64,000 bases of DNA, from positions 434,001-498,000 of the forward strand of contig JAYWIR010000040.1 in assembly GCA_036172245.1 (NCBI GenBank), written 5' to 3'. A program made the translations under genes and the position numbers. Numbering within the stretch: position 1 is the first letter of the stretch; each line of letters starts with the position of its first letter. Below, piece by piece: positions 1 to 12,600 of this stretch. A model generated the notes under the pieces. That model was given only the letters and a program-made list of their open reading frames with translations, searched no databases and was not told the DNA's origin. The DNA is from Raillietiella orientalis. Taxonomy: Eukaryota.

Positions 1-788
1 AGCTCGGGAAGACCGCAGCCAGGGTCGGAGCGGGGGGGGGGGGGAAGGCAAGACCGCTGCTGGCTGAAACGCTTGCGGGTTCCCGGGGGTGCGTCGAAGA
101 GCAGCACCGCGCGGGGAGCTTGGTTTCCTCGGAGCGCAAGAGAGCACCACTCGCTACGCGCGCCTCCGTGTGCCGTTGCCGACCTCTGCGTGCGCCGCGT
201 TTGTCGAAAATCTCCCCGAAGATCTCTCCGTCGCTCCGGGAATCCGAGGACTCGGTCGAGAATCCGTCGGCGCCCTGCCAGCGCTTTCCCCCCCCCCCCC
301 CCCCCCTTCCCGTGGTTCGGGTTGTGCCTTGAATTTCATTCGGCACGACGAGTGGCGGTTGCGTTTGAGAATCGATCTTTCCCATCGTCCCCATGTCCGA
401 AAACGATCGCGTTTTCCTTTTTTTTTTTTGGGTGGGTTCCGTTGTCGAGGCAACCCGGTTCTCGGCCGCATTGTGTATTTGCGTACAAAGGAAAATAGCA
501 GCGCCCTTGCACCGTGTTGGCAATACTGCGGCGCGAGTGATTAATTTGCTTGTTGTAACGCCCTATCCGCTTCTAAAACACGTGTTCGGATTTCCTGCTC
601 CAAGACAGAATCAGACTCTTCTGAAATGAAGTCTGCGTTGCCGCAGAAGACCAGCAGCGTATGGCTGGTAATTGCTCTGCCGTTCCTCTCAGTTGATTAG
701 CCACGCTTTTGTGCATCCACGGTTTCATTTCACCGAAGCGTCCACGACCTTTCCTGGGTTCGATGAAAGGGCCTTTTTTTTTTTTCTC

Positions 789-812
789 CTTCTTCTTCTT
801 CTTCTTCTTCTT
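789..812. repeat. (CTT)8 microsatellite
   Basis: Read directly. One of many simple repeats in the window, e.g. (CTG)7 at 1789-1809 and (GA)n at 3484-3515. Confidence 0.9.
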
Positions 813-3627
813 CCTCTTCCCCTATTTGGATCCTGCAAATACCTAGAAGATAAGAAGAAAGGAAAAGGGTTGTAATTGTGAAGTTTAGTAGATTAGTGAG
901 CACGGTCCCCTGTGATAGAGCTGGTAAGCCTGCTGCTTACCGGGGGAATCAGAGGACGCTGTCAATACCCGTCCATCGAAGGCATTTTCTCTGTTCAGAG
1001 CGTGAACCCAACGTAAAGCCGAGATCTCAGGGTACTTTGAGATCTCGATAAAATACCATCTCAGTTCGAAAACGTATTTGATGCCTACATCAAAGAACTA
1101 ATGCTTCGAGAGTCAGGAAAAAAAAAAAAAAAAAAGAAAGCAAGAGGAAAGGGGAGGGGGAGGAAAAAACAGAAATTCAGATTGAATGCAGCGTCAAGAG
1201 ATTGTAAATTATGCATTTTCGTCAACTTTCGTTATCAAATTAAGCGAGGAGGGTTTGATTTTGAGCCATGTGCGAGGAGTCCCAAAATAAATCATTCAAA
1301 ACACTTGAGTATGGAACGGTTGCAAAAGATGCTTCCAGATCGTTGCATCATGGCAGCAGTGTTGATGGAATGCTGCTGGATCCTCGAAGGTTCCATCGGG
1401 CTGAGGAGGGAAAGTAGTGGATGTGAAGCTGTTCCCAAGAATCGAACCCTGGAGAGGGAGAAGAAGAAGATACAGTGGAAAGAAGGAATAAAAGGAAAAA
1501 AAAAAAACTTGAAAGCACAGAGAGACTCGCCATAGATAAGAGGTCGCTTCTTTTGATGGAATGAAGAATGCCAACCAAGCAAAATTAAGGGGGCAACGAG
1601 TTCTTGGAAAGATGCGCGGGAGAACACAAGGAGTTCAGTACTTTGAAGTTCAACCCAACGGCACACAGTGTGGGGACCAATGAAGGAATTCAGTATTCGC
1701 CATTCTCAAGATGAGTGTCTGAAGCAACCATCGAGAAAGGCATCCCGTGTTTCTGAGGAATTCTTCGCGTGTGTGCTTGCCGTCGGAGCTGCTGCTGCTG
1801 CTGCTGCTGTCTGCAAGAGAGGTGGCTGATTTCTGGTTTCGTGAAAGTTTTTTTTTTTTTTTCCTTCCTTCCACTTTTCGTTTTTTTTTCTCGAAGAATA
1901 TTTTAAACACGCGGAGGGACACCATTCGGTAGCCTCGTTGGGCTTGATGTCATTTCGCTTTAATTAAATTCAAGTGTTCGTTTGCCCTTTTCTCTCCGTC
2001 ATCGAAAAGCTCTGATGCAATTCAATTTTTCATGTCAATAAGAGAGGTATTTAGAAAACGATAATGAGAGGTCCTTGCGGAGCGGATTAGTAATTTGGAG
2101 AAGTATTCCAGAAAAATAGCTGGCAAACTGGTAATCGGAGAAAATGGGTTCAAGTGAAAGATGTTTCAGGAAACTCTTTCGAAAAAAAGACGCGCACACA
2201 CACACACACGAAAAAAAAAAAAGGAAAAAGCAGGAATGGCCAGCGCGTATCGTGTCATTACGCATCGCTGGGGTCACCGAAGACTCTTCCTTTGTACGTC
2301 GACGAGCAAGCAGCTATTCAACACGGAAGGAAACCCAAAGATAATAAACGCATGAAAAGCGCTTAAGTAGCGTTTGCTTCGTTTAGGGAGATTCCTCATA
2401 ACGGCAGCGTAGGATGAAGAAAGTTTCACGACTTTCCCAAATACCAAGAATTTCGTCACCTGAAGAGCAGACGACCACGAGCAACTATGTGTTCCCCATG
2501 GCGAAGTACTTTCGTCATTAGCACTGGTTGGTTGGTCTGCAGCTGGCATGCTCGGAAGAGACAGTTCAGAATCTTTTCAAGAGCACTGTGTAGACATTTT
2601 CGAGAGAAACAAGGAAGAAAAAAAAAAAAAAAAAAAAACCGGCCAGGAGCCTTTGTGGCGAGCTGAGCTGCGTGAAGGATGGAATGGTTACTTCCAGTCG
2701 GCAGCGAGGCAAACACACACACACACACGGATCGCCATCTGCTTTGGACGGAACGTGGGGCCAAAAATCAGCCTGCAAAAATCAGGTGTTGGATTTTGTG
2801 GTGGCTAAGTGGGGCTTGACGAATCGACGTGCCAAGATTCAAACCTGGAGGCTGGTGTTGCTACGTTGTGGTCTTCCATCTGTGTTTCCAAAGGGACTTT
2901 CCCTATGGAAGCAGACAGGAAAGCGAAGGGGTGGGGGAGGTGGAAAAACAGCTAATTTAGAGCACCCTTTGGTAGAACTTCCCATGCGACTCGAAGCCTG
3001 GAGGATCGTAATCATCCCAGCACTCGCAGATGGCGTGCTTCTTCAAAAAGGTCGTAGGAAAATGCTGCTTGCAGCGAAACCAGAAATGTAGGAAAGACAG
3101 ATGCCGAGATATCAATTCCTCGAAAGGCGGCACCGTTGATCGCTGTTTTCTGACCATCGTGCATGGATGACAAACAAGCAACCTTCCATACACACACACA
3201 CACACACACGGAGAGAGAAGAAGAAATGCAGCGTTAAACCGTTTCTTCCATGGTCAGTCTGGAATTATTATTTTCCCTTTGAGAAGAGAGTTGTCCCGTG
3301 CGAATCACCATCACTCCCGTGAGCCACAAACACGGTAATTTTTTTTTTTTTTTCTTTCCGAAAGTGCATCGTGGAGCAGCGAGAGATGTACACACTTTTT
3401 CATCATCAGAGACCAGCAGATATAATAATGATTTCCTGTCAAATGAGAGATTTCGTTTCTGTACGCATTCCTCCTCCCCTCCAAGAGAGAGAGAGAGAGT
3501 GAGAGAGAGAGAGAGGGAAAGGAAAAAAAATAAAATAATAAAAAAAAAAAAAATCCATTCTCAATATAGCTTGTGAAAAGTCCTGAGCCTGTGTGTGATT
3601 AACTTTTCCGCTTTGGATATGTTTTAG

Positions 3628-3698
3628 ATGCTGTGTACATTGAGAGTCAGCGAGCTGACCAACCTTACTTTATTTGCACGATCCAAGAGTTCCGGAAG
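3628..3698 (+). CDS. RERE: Atrophin/RERE exon, start of BAH domain ([24 protein letters not shown])
   Basis: ttttag| acceptor at 3626-3627 and |gtaagc donor at 3699. Matches the RERE BAH motif DxVYIES..PYFICxIQxF. Confidence 0.9.
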
Positions 3699-6600
3699 GT
3701 AAGCGACTGATTCATAGATGGCGGGCCTTGCCGCAGCCTCCACGGCAAGTGCGCGTTGCAAAATAAAATATGAGTTTTTCGTTTCCCCTTGTTCTTTAAG
3801 CATTGCAAAATGGCCGTCCATTCGATTTGCTGGGGCCGCCCGTGCGTCTTGCGTTCCTGAGAACATGTGCACGTATGTGTGAGGGTTTTTTTTTTTTTTT
3901 TTCCCTTCGTGTTCGTGTCTGATGGGTGCACATACGATGGCGCTGGACGTGCCGATTCGTCTGTACAGATTATGTGTCTGCTGCTGAAGAGTGCCATGTC
4001 GAGTTTTGTCAATCGGATGGGTTTGTTTATGTTACGTAAGTACCATTACGCAAGTATTTCAAAGGGTCCTCGGTTTTTTCCTTTCGTTTTAAAGGGGGGG
4101 GGAGGAGGAGGAAGAGGGAGAAGAAAAGAAAAAAAAAAAAAAAAAAAAAAAAAAAACAGGTGAATGGAATGCCCTATCGTGATTTCTCCGTAGGGCGAGC
4201 GCGTTGATTTGATTTTTCGTAATGGGGCTTTGCCCTCCCCCCCCCCTCCTCTTTTATTCCTGGCTCCTATGATTGTGGGGCATTTAGCTTGCTGTTGTTT
4301 CGGGCACATAGTGGGTGTAGGCGGGCCCGTTCCGAATCGGCGAGCCCCTCCCGGAGCTTCGGGGTTTTTCCGTTTCCCGTTTTCCAAGCGTTCCCCCCTC
4401 CCCCCGTCCACACGGAGGCCGCCGCAGCGGCGTGTACCATTCCTTGTACGATCGTGATCTTCCAGAGCCGGGGGAATCCCCGGGATTCGATCGGCAGACG
4501 GGGCAGCTTTGACGGATCGGGCTGAGCATCCGGCTTGGTACGTTCGGCCCGCCATGTTTTAGTACACACTGGTAGCCGCATCTCCGACGGGTTCCATGTA
4601 CTCGTAGCAGCGGCCGTTGTACGGTTTCTCAACCTAGGCTGCTGCTGCACCCCTAATTACCCCACCCCCTCTCCCCCCCTTTTTTTTTGTTTTTTGTTTT
4701 TATTCGTTAAGTAACTCGTTGGTCAGATATAAGGTAGTCGATCCACACGCCTCTTATCAGCTGGAACGTATCTTTCCTTTTACATTTGATGGTATCGGCG
4801 AGGTGCAAGCATTTCTCCACTCTTAATTTCCAACTGCGAGTGGTAATTTATTATGAGGAGAGCGAACCACAGTATTTACACAAACCAAGGGGCGTTGCTG
4901 TGCCGTCGCGGTGCGTCCCTCTCCCCCCCCCCCCTTTCCCTCCCCATCGTCTGCTGCACGTCGCTTCTAACACTCGCGCTATTGCTTTAATTTTAAAGGA
5001 TGACGTCACCGCATCCGGGGCCTGTTGGAGCATCCAGGCTCACCGAATCGAGTGAGGAGGAAGAGTGTGTGTGTGTGGGGGGGGGGTCTCGGGGTCCCCG
5101 TCCCTCCCCGCCGGTCGCTTGGCCCCCGTGCCGGGGGGACCCGCGGCCCCCTCGGCGGCGCGCCCCACAGCAGAATTAGAAACGTCGATTACGTGCCGTG
5201 CACTTTCCGTGAAATATTTGGCACGGGCTCGGGTCGTCTCTTCACGACTCGGATGGTTCTGGCGCGCACGAACATCAGCGGGTCTCATCTGGGTTCTGCT
5301 CTGGCGCTGATATATCAAATGGATTATTGCCGGGACTGATCCAGATGATGCTCGTTGCTCCGCCACGGACTGATTTACGGAAGCCCCAGGCGTCTCGGGG
5401 AAACATTCCAATTATTGGAGAGTCAACAGACGAAAATTTACACAGATGCCGTGTGACCTGTTGGGTGGTGGCACCGGTGATCCGCCCGTGCACAAATCTT
5501 GCCCTGGAAATCTTTTCTTTTTTTTTGCTTTTGGGGAGGTGAAGCCAATTTCCTATCGTGGATGATGGCCCCGACGGGGGGAGGGGAGGAATCTGTAAAC
5601 ACATTAACTGGGGCGGTTAATGTGAAGTTGGCGAGGATTATTACTGGGGGGGGGATCATCTCGCCAACTTTTCTGGGAGCATTAACTCAATTAAATTCGT
5701 ATAAAATCGCGCTGCAAGAAGATGCTGCGTTTCCCATCCCTTCTTCCTCCTCCCCCGTTCCTCGGCTCGCTTTGCGATCCCGGGGAAGTCACCCGTTCCG
5801 CCTTGTGGAAGAATTCCTCCCGGTGTTTGCTCCGCGATCAATGTGAAATGCCTCCTGGTAATCGTGCTTCAGGTTCGCGAACCAGCGATTGATGCTGCTA
5901 TCAATTCTTTCGCAATTAGGAATACTGACAGCGTAACTCCCATCAACACACGGAGCAAAAGTTATTCCTGGTAATTGCAAATTTACTGCATCACGTGGAT
6001 TTCGGTGTTTCCCTGTCGGATGTGCTTTGCACCAATCCCCCCCCCCCCTTTTTTTTTTTTCCTTTTCCTTTTCTCTCCCTCCCTCCCTCTCTCCCTCCCT
6101 CCCTCCCTCTCTCTTCTCCTCTTCTTCTTAAAAACAAAAGCAAAACAAAACAAGAGGTCCTTGCGCGCAGCATTCCTGCCAACGTTTCAATCACTTCTTG
6201 CACATCATGAGAGGCATAAACGAGTCAGAAAGCTTTGCTAATGCGATCGCATCCTGTTTGTGCGTCGGTCTCCGGGGCGGATGTCGGGAGACGCAGCATC
6301 CAGGATTAGCGTGCAGGCTCACGGGAGAGGCGAAAAGGTCTCTCCGGATTTCGAACCGGAAAGTGTTCCCTTCTCTGCTTGTGTGGAAAGTGATCATCTC
6401 GGCGCAATAAAAGTCCACCGTCCACTTACTGTGTGTGCTCGTTGTGTGTGGCTGGGAAGTAATTGGTGTACCGTTTCAAGAGTGTACCGTTCCTCCGGAT
6501 CTCCTCGCTCGGTAATCGCTTATGGTACGCCACACGCTGGGGTTCTTCCTTTGCTCTTCGTCCAATCGGAACTTCCATTCCGGGTCCACATTTTCAGTTA

Positions 6601-9600
6601 ATTACAAGCAGTGTCTTCTAATTGCTTTTCGATTGTCGTTTGCAGGCGGCAATTACATCATTTTGTATTAAAAAAAGGAAAAAAGTGCGTAGCGGTGGAA
6701 TGGTGGATAATGGCGTGTGCCTCCTCGGTTTCCCGAGGACTCGTGGTGCCGTCTTCCGCTCGATAGGTTCGAAAACCGGGAATGGCGCGAGGGAATCCCT
6801 TTGTTCGAGCTCATCCGAACACGCAGTGCAAGCCACGTCTCCCCCCCCCCCCCTATCCTGTGTGTGTGTGTGTTTGCCACGCGTGTTGCGCGTAGCCACC
6901 GACGGAACTCCCCGGTCCCGGAGACCGCAGCTTGGAATCGTTCTGATCCTTGAGCTTTTTCCTACCTTTGATGCGAACGCTAATAGGTAAATTCCTTTGT
7001 AATAGAGAGGGAAGAAGAATAGGGGCTTTTTTTCCTTCCCCCCCCCCCCCCCCTTTCCTTCGTGCGTCAGGAATTTCGAAGAGCGGGGAACGTTTTCGTT
7101 TGCACAGTGCCTCGCTGGGAAATGCTCAAAGGACTTCAGACAAGATAATGCTTTGATTCCATTTAACTGGAATTTTCCGTTCCTGTATTCTCGAGTGCGT
7201 GTAATTAAGCACCAATTGCTTTCAAGCGGTTCTGTTTTAAGGTGTTAAATCAAAGGATGCAAAAGAGAAAGGTGTGTTTTTTCTTCCCCCCTTTCTTTGA
7301 AGCTCTACCGAACACCATAGGAAAAACACACACACACACACAAACAAACAAAGCATTTAAAATTTTTTGATATGGAACGTGAGACAGCAAAAGAACAAAA
7401 CGGCAAGATCAGATGACCCTGAAATGTATGCCTCCACAGACACAACGTGCTCCTCATTCATCGTAGATATGCATACGTGCACGTATGTATCTTGTCTCGA
7501 ACACGCACTGGCGGGAAGATCGCGTCACATACATACGTGTGCGCGCGTGCGGTGTTTGCTGTTCGTTGTGTCGCGTTTGCGGTGTTTGCTGCTCTTCGGA
7601 AACGCGCCTCCGGCCTGCATCGTGCATTTAAACGGATAAGCATCTCGGGAGCCTTCGGGGTTTAATTGCATCCCTTGAGCACCTTCGCCTGTTACCGTTT
7701 TCGAAGGCTCCGGGGATGATGATGATCTTCGCTCTTTTCACCTCCGAAGACTGCATTCGCGTGCTCCTGGGCTGAAAAGGCGTCTGCGAAAGCACACTGT
7801 TTTTCATCCTTGCCAGCGGATTAGGAAGCTGCGGTGACAACAGGAACAGCGTTCTTCGAGCTGCCGACGTCACTTTTGTCGTCGTCCTCGTATCTTCCCA
7901 GACTTCAGCGTTGATTCGCCCGGGATGATCCCTCATCTCCTCTGATGGTGTTCCCATGGTTTCCTCCCCACGATTTGCATTGCAGGCATGTTCGGTGTCG
8001 AAACCTGTTTCCTGCTTTTCCTCTGACTCTTCGTTTACCCGGCAAGGTAGTGTTTTACACTGCAGCCTTCTCCTGTCTGTCGCGTTGGCTGCTCCCAGTA
8101 CACACATCCTTCCCTGTACCGAGTCCTCCTGCAAACGCGACGGTTCAGGTCTGGCGAGTCAGCGAATCGGTGTAACTTCACTCTCGACGTTTCTTACATC
8201 TTCCCAGGTGGGGCTTCGGCCCAGCCTTGTTTTGTTACCAGCACACGTTAAGAACCCTCTCCAGCATGAGCTTCAGATATCTTCGAGCACGTTCCTGTTT
8301 CTTCTCTGGGTGTTTTTTTTTTTTTTTTTGGCGTTTAGCTTCCTCAGGTGGATGATGATTTCACAGATTTTTCGATCCTACCGGAAGTTCCCCTCCACCA
8401 GACAGGTTCCTCTGGCCATCGTTGGTAAAGCAGTTCCTGTTTGCTTCCCAAGTCGAATCGTGTCACCAGAAGCACCGGGGCCTCCATTGGCTTCTTGTCC
8501 GGTTTTTATGCAAGAGGCAGTCCAATGAAATTTGACTACTTCAGTTGACATCTTCAGTGGAGAAACGTTGCAGAGGGTGCTCGTGGCTTTCATCATGCGT
8601 AAGAATTCGTGACTAGTCGAACTGAAGGCGCGCTTGTAACGCAGATCACGTTGAGTACTCTGTGAGTGGTTTCAGAAGACTGACCAGAGAAATCCGGGTT
8701 ACATGTTGATACGGTGATACGGTTATGTGCCTTCCACTCCTTCCCAAGTGTGACGACTCTGAAACGAACGGCTGGCCGAGACTTTAGGAAGTCCCCGTTT
8801 AAGGCCCAAGAAAATCCAAGGGAAGAAAGTGTCATGCCTGGCGTTTCAGATTCTCTTCAATACCCCTGAGGAAGATGCTTTAGTGTGCGTTTCGCGAATT
8901 CCAAGGCTCGTTATGGAATCCACGGCTTTGGCTTAATACATTCCTTTTGCTGAGGTTTCACTTACGGTGTTCTCTTCTGTCAGAAACATCAAAAGCTCGT
9001 CTTTGGTTTTTCGAAGCCTGGAGACCTAGGGGCACCAAATAGAGATGTCAGTGCCACTGATGTCATTTCCGGTTGCTGAAAACTTGGCCACCGCGAAGGT
9101 GGAACCACAAATCATGCGCACACTCGTCAGTGCTGGAGCGAGGTTCCTTACGTACCAAGAAGGAGCAGCGTGGCCTCAAGAACTCGGGAAGCATGTTCTT
9201 GGTCGCCAGTCGAGGTGCAGGAAGGGCGGATCCTGAACTCCGTGTGCGCTCGTTAACACTTCATCGAAAAGGAGGCAGGAGGTGCTGCTGGGTGTGTGCT
9301 CCATGCATATGTCCGAGAGGATGAATCTTGCCTGGGAAGGCGCGATGCTGTCGCGCATTCCCAGGCAAAAAAAAAAAAATGCTGTCGAGCGCACGTGCCC
9401 GTCAAGCGCCAACAGTTCTGGAGGTGGAAGAATGGAGGTGATGGGGCAGGTAGTGGCGAGTGGGGGAGAGCAAGACATGCCGCTGGAGCCACCGCAGAGG
9501 CACGTGGGCAATCGTTTGCTGTGCGCGCGCCGCGTGAGATGGAGGCGGCAGGCGGGATGTATTCCGCTCGGCTATTGGTAGTCAGAGCAGGGTCGTTCAC

Positions 9601-12600
9601 CCTTGATTCGTGAGCCAGGAAGCAGATAACTCCGTTTCCAAGGCTGCGGGTGGGATTTCGGGAAAGAAGAGCCGCTTCTGCTTCGGACGTTTCGCTTTGG
9701 TGTCGAGGGCGTCATCTTTGGCGCTCTGAGCGTTTAGCAGCACACGGACACACGGACCTATGTCTCCTGTACTGGTGTAAGCTGGAGGACGAGGCAGGGA
9801 GGCCGTCAAGTGCTGCGATGCGCGCTTCTTGCTTTGTTTGGAGATTCTCGGAGCAGCAGAACTTTTCTTGCCGCGACGATCTTGTGCTGTTGTTGGCGAC
9901 CAAAGGGGGGACGACTAAAGGAGTGTGGCGGGAAGCGAAAGTGGCGCCTTGCGACAGCGACCGACGCTAGTTCTGAGGAGCACGCACCGCTACCAAGTGA
10001 AGTCACGGCACGGTAGAACCGCTCTTTGCGGACCGGTGCAGCCACGCGTAGTTCTCAGAGCAGACGGAAGTTTTCTTCATGCGTTGCAGTGGCAACGGAC
10101 GCGCATGTGCGTACTGCTCTTCGTGTGCTGTTTCGCCAGTTGAGGTAGCTGGCTGGAAGAGAAGAAGGAGCTTCTCTCGACATGACTTGGTCTCAGATGG
10201 GACGAGGAGCCCCGGGTGCAGCGAAGATGCAGAAAGGAGCTTTGTCGTGCGGCCTGCGTCCTCGGGACGTGTTGTGACGTCAAGGTGGTGAAGAAGGAAA
10301 TGGCACGTCGGAGGTTTTGCTGCGCCTTCGAACGCCGCTTCCGTGCATTTCATGATGGGTCACCTGTTGGTTGATTGTGCGGATTGCTGTTTCCGAGAAT
10401 CCGAGCCACCAAGACCCTGCACACACCAACCGGAAAGACAAACACGCAAAAGAACTGCCTGGCAAAGTGAATTTCTATCCAGAAGGCAGAACGAAGATGT
10501 ATCCATTAGCTCATGTTTTTTTGTTGCGGACTGCAAGAGGCGCAAATCCGATAGGCAGGATTTCCATAGGCGTTTGAAAGCGATGGAGAACTTCTCTATC
10601 GTGGTAGGTATTCTATGGTAGTATTCTTCTCTATAGTAGGTGACCATCATAGAATGGGTGAAGTCTCGAATAATAAAAAGGATGATGAGAGCGATGGAAT
10701 AGGTGCCAATGAGCTGGGCGAGCGGAGGGCATCTTTTGCTTCATGTGTACTGAGATTTCCCTCTCCTGAGAAAAATTGCATACGAGTGTTCTTCCACCTC
10801 TGGAACGCCTCCGTTTTGAGACTCGATGTATCCGAAATTCCCTTCCCTCGCCGCGAATGTTGTGTGTGACCCCTTTCGGTACGGTGATGGGCTATTGCTG
10901 AGCTGGCTCATTTACCATGGTGGTTAGTTTTCTTCGCGATACCGTCCTCGGTATATGTCGTAGGTTGCGGTCCCGACGGGGAGGGGAGACAAATTTCCGG
11001 AAAACTGCATAAAATTTGGAATTTCTTCCTATTCGTGGCCGAGCCTGGAGGGATCGGAAATATCTGCCCATGCGGCTCATGGACGGGTCGCGGGTTAGGT
11101 GGCTGTGATCACGGTGGCTTGATGGTCCCGTCTTCAGGGTGTAACCTATTCCGTGATCTCGGGTAACCCCTCAGCTCCACCTTTAGACTTGAGGGGAGAA
11201 GGAGTTGCGATGGTGCGAAAGGAATTTTTGTTTTTACCGCAGCCTTTCTTCGGCGTTCGTTCGAGGCGGCAAATGGAACCTCATCTGGAGGCAACTGTTC
11301 GTTTCATCTACCCGATGGCTCTCGTGCTTTCTCTCTCTCTCTTCCCTCCCCTTTCCCTCTCATCCGAGGGTCCGAGGATCTCCGATTTAGTCTCATTGGC
11401 TCTCATGGGGATCCAGATCAAGAGCTGTGTGCCCAAAGGGTACATCGGAGTTTGATTCGTCTCCACTCTCCGGGTTGATGGAAAGGAGCTGTGATGGTGA
11501 CAGCTTCCTTTTGTCATTCCTCGCAATCTTCGCAGCGCTTTCAGACCCCCTTGACACACGGGAAGCACCTGAGGTTGTGTCGTGCCATTTTGATCTGGGA
11601 ACTGCTGAAGAGAGAGCTTGAATGGAATAGCTGCGCAGTGAAGTGCACAATTTTGGAGGAGTTCCGGTTTGTCCTTTCGAGAGAGGGAAGATCATTGGAG
11701 CCGAAAGCACGGACTTTTGTGCTGCTGTTAAGGCCGAAGAAAAAAAGAAAGAGGAAAAAAAGAAGGTAGCAACCTGCTTTTACGCCCTGGTGACCCTTGT
11801 GCTGCTGATGTTTCCTTGCATCTCACTGCCTCAACTTCAGTGACTACTTTATATCCGCGTTGTTATGGAAACCGACAGGCTTGTGGATTGGTTGCTGAAA
11901 CGAGAAAGGTTTTATTCTCGATAACCTGAACTGTGGCCTTCGATGTCTTTCGATGTTTTCCGATTACGGAAACGTGAGACAAGTTGAGGATTGTGTCCTG
12001 CGGAACTTCCTCTTTGGAAGGAACCAGAAGGGTTCTTTGGATTTCTTGGCGGCGGCGGTCGTGGCATTAAGATGTAGAGATGGGCTGGAACGAGCAATGT
12101 GAATCGGCGTGGGATGGGGAAACTCTGGAATCTGGCAGATGGTTTCCATTTGGCTAGAGTCCCAACATTCTTCCCCAGGGATGCGGAAGACTTACTTCAG
12201 CAGCTGCTTTCATTTCTTGCTGCCTCTCGTACTGGAGTTAGTCGCATACGCACAAGGTTCTGGCGTCCGGTCACGGTCTTCTGAGCGAGCTATGTCTATC
12301 GTTTCCTTCTGGTGGTGACTCGCATGTTCTGACCGGTGCCGATGATAGTTGGCAGTGTGCATATTGCCAGGGATATGTGGCACACGCAATCAGACCCATA
12401 TATGGGTGCCCCGAGGTCAGTTCTTCCTGTATTTAGCATTCTCATAGGCAGTAAGGAAAGATGTCCGATGTCTCGGGCATAGGATTTGGATTTTCGCGAT
12501 GTTGCGATGCCTTCCCATGCATCAGATAATTTTTTGCAGGCTTCCGCTGTCATATTTTTATGTTGAACGCGGCTCGTGCGGAAGGAACCTTGATATTAGC

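Noticed and set aside
905..930. Donor ctg|gtaagc as the missing upstream Atrophin exon
   Set aside because: The joined peptide lacks the expected G-D of the BAH start, and there is no convincing acceptor or start codon.
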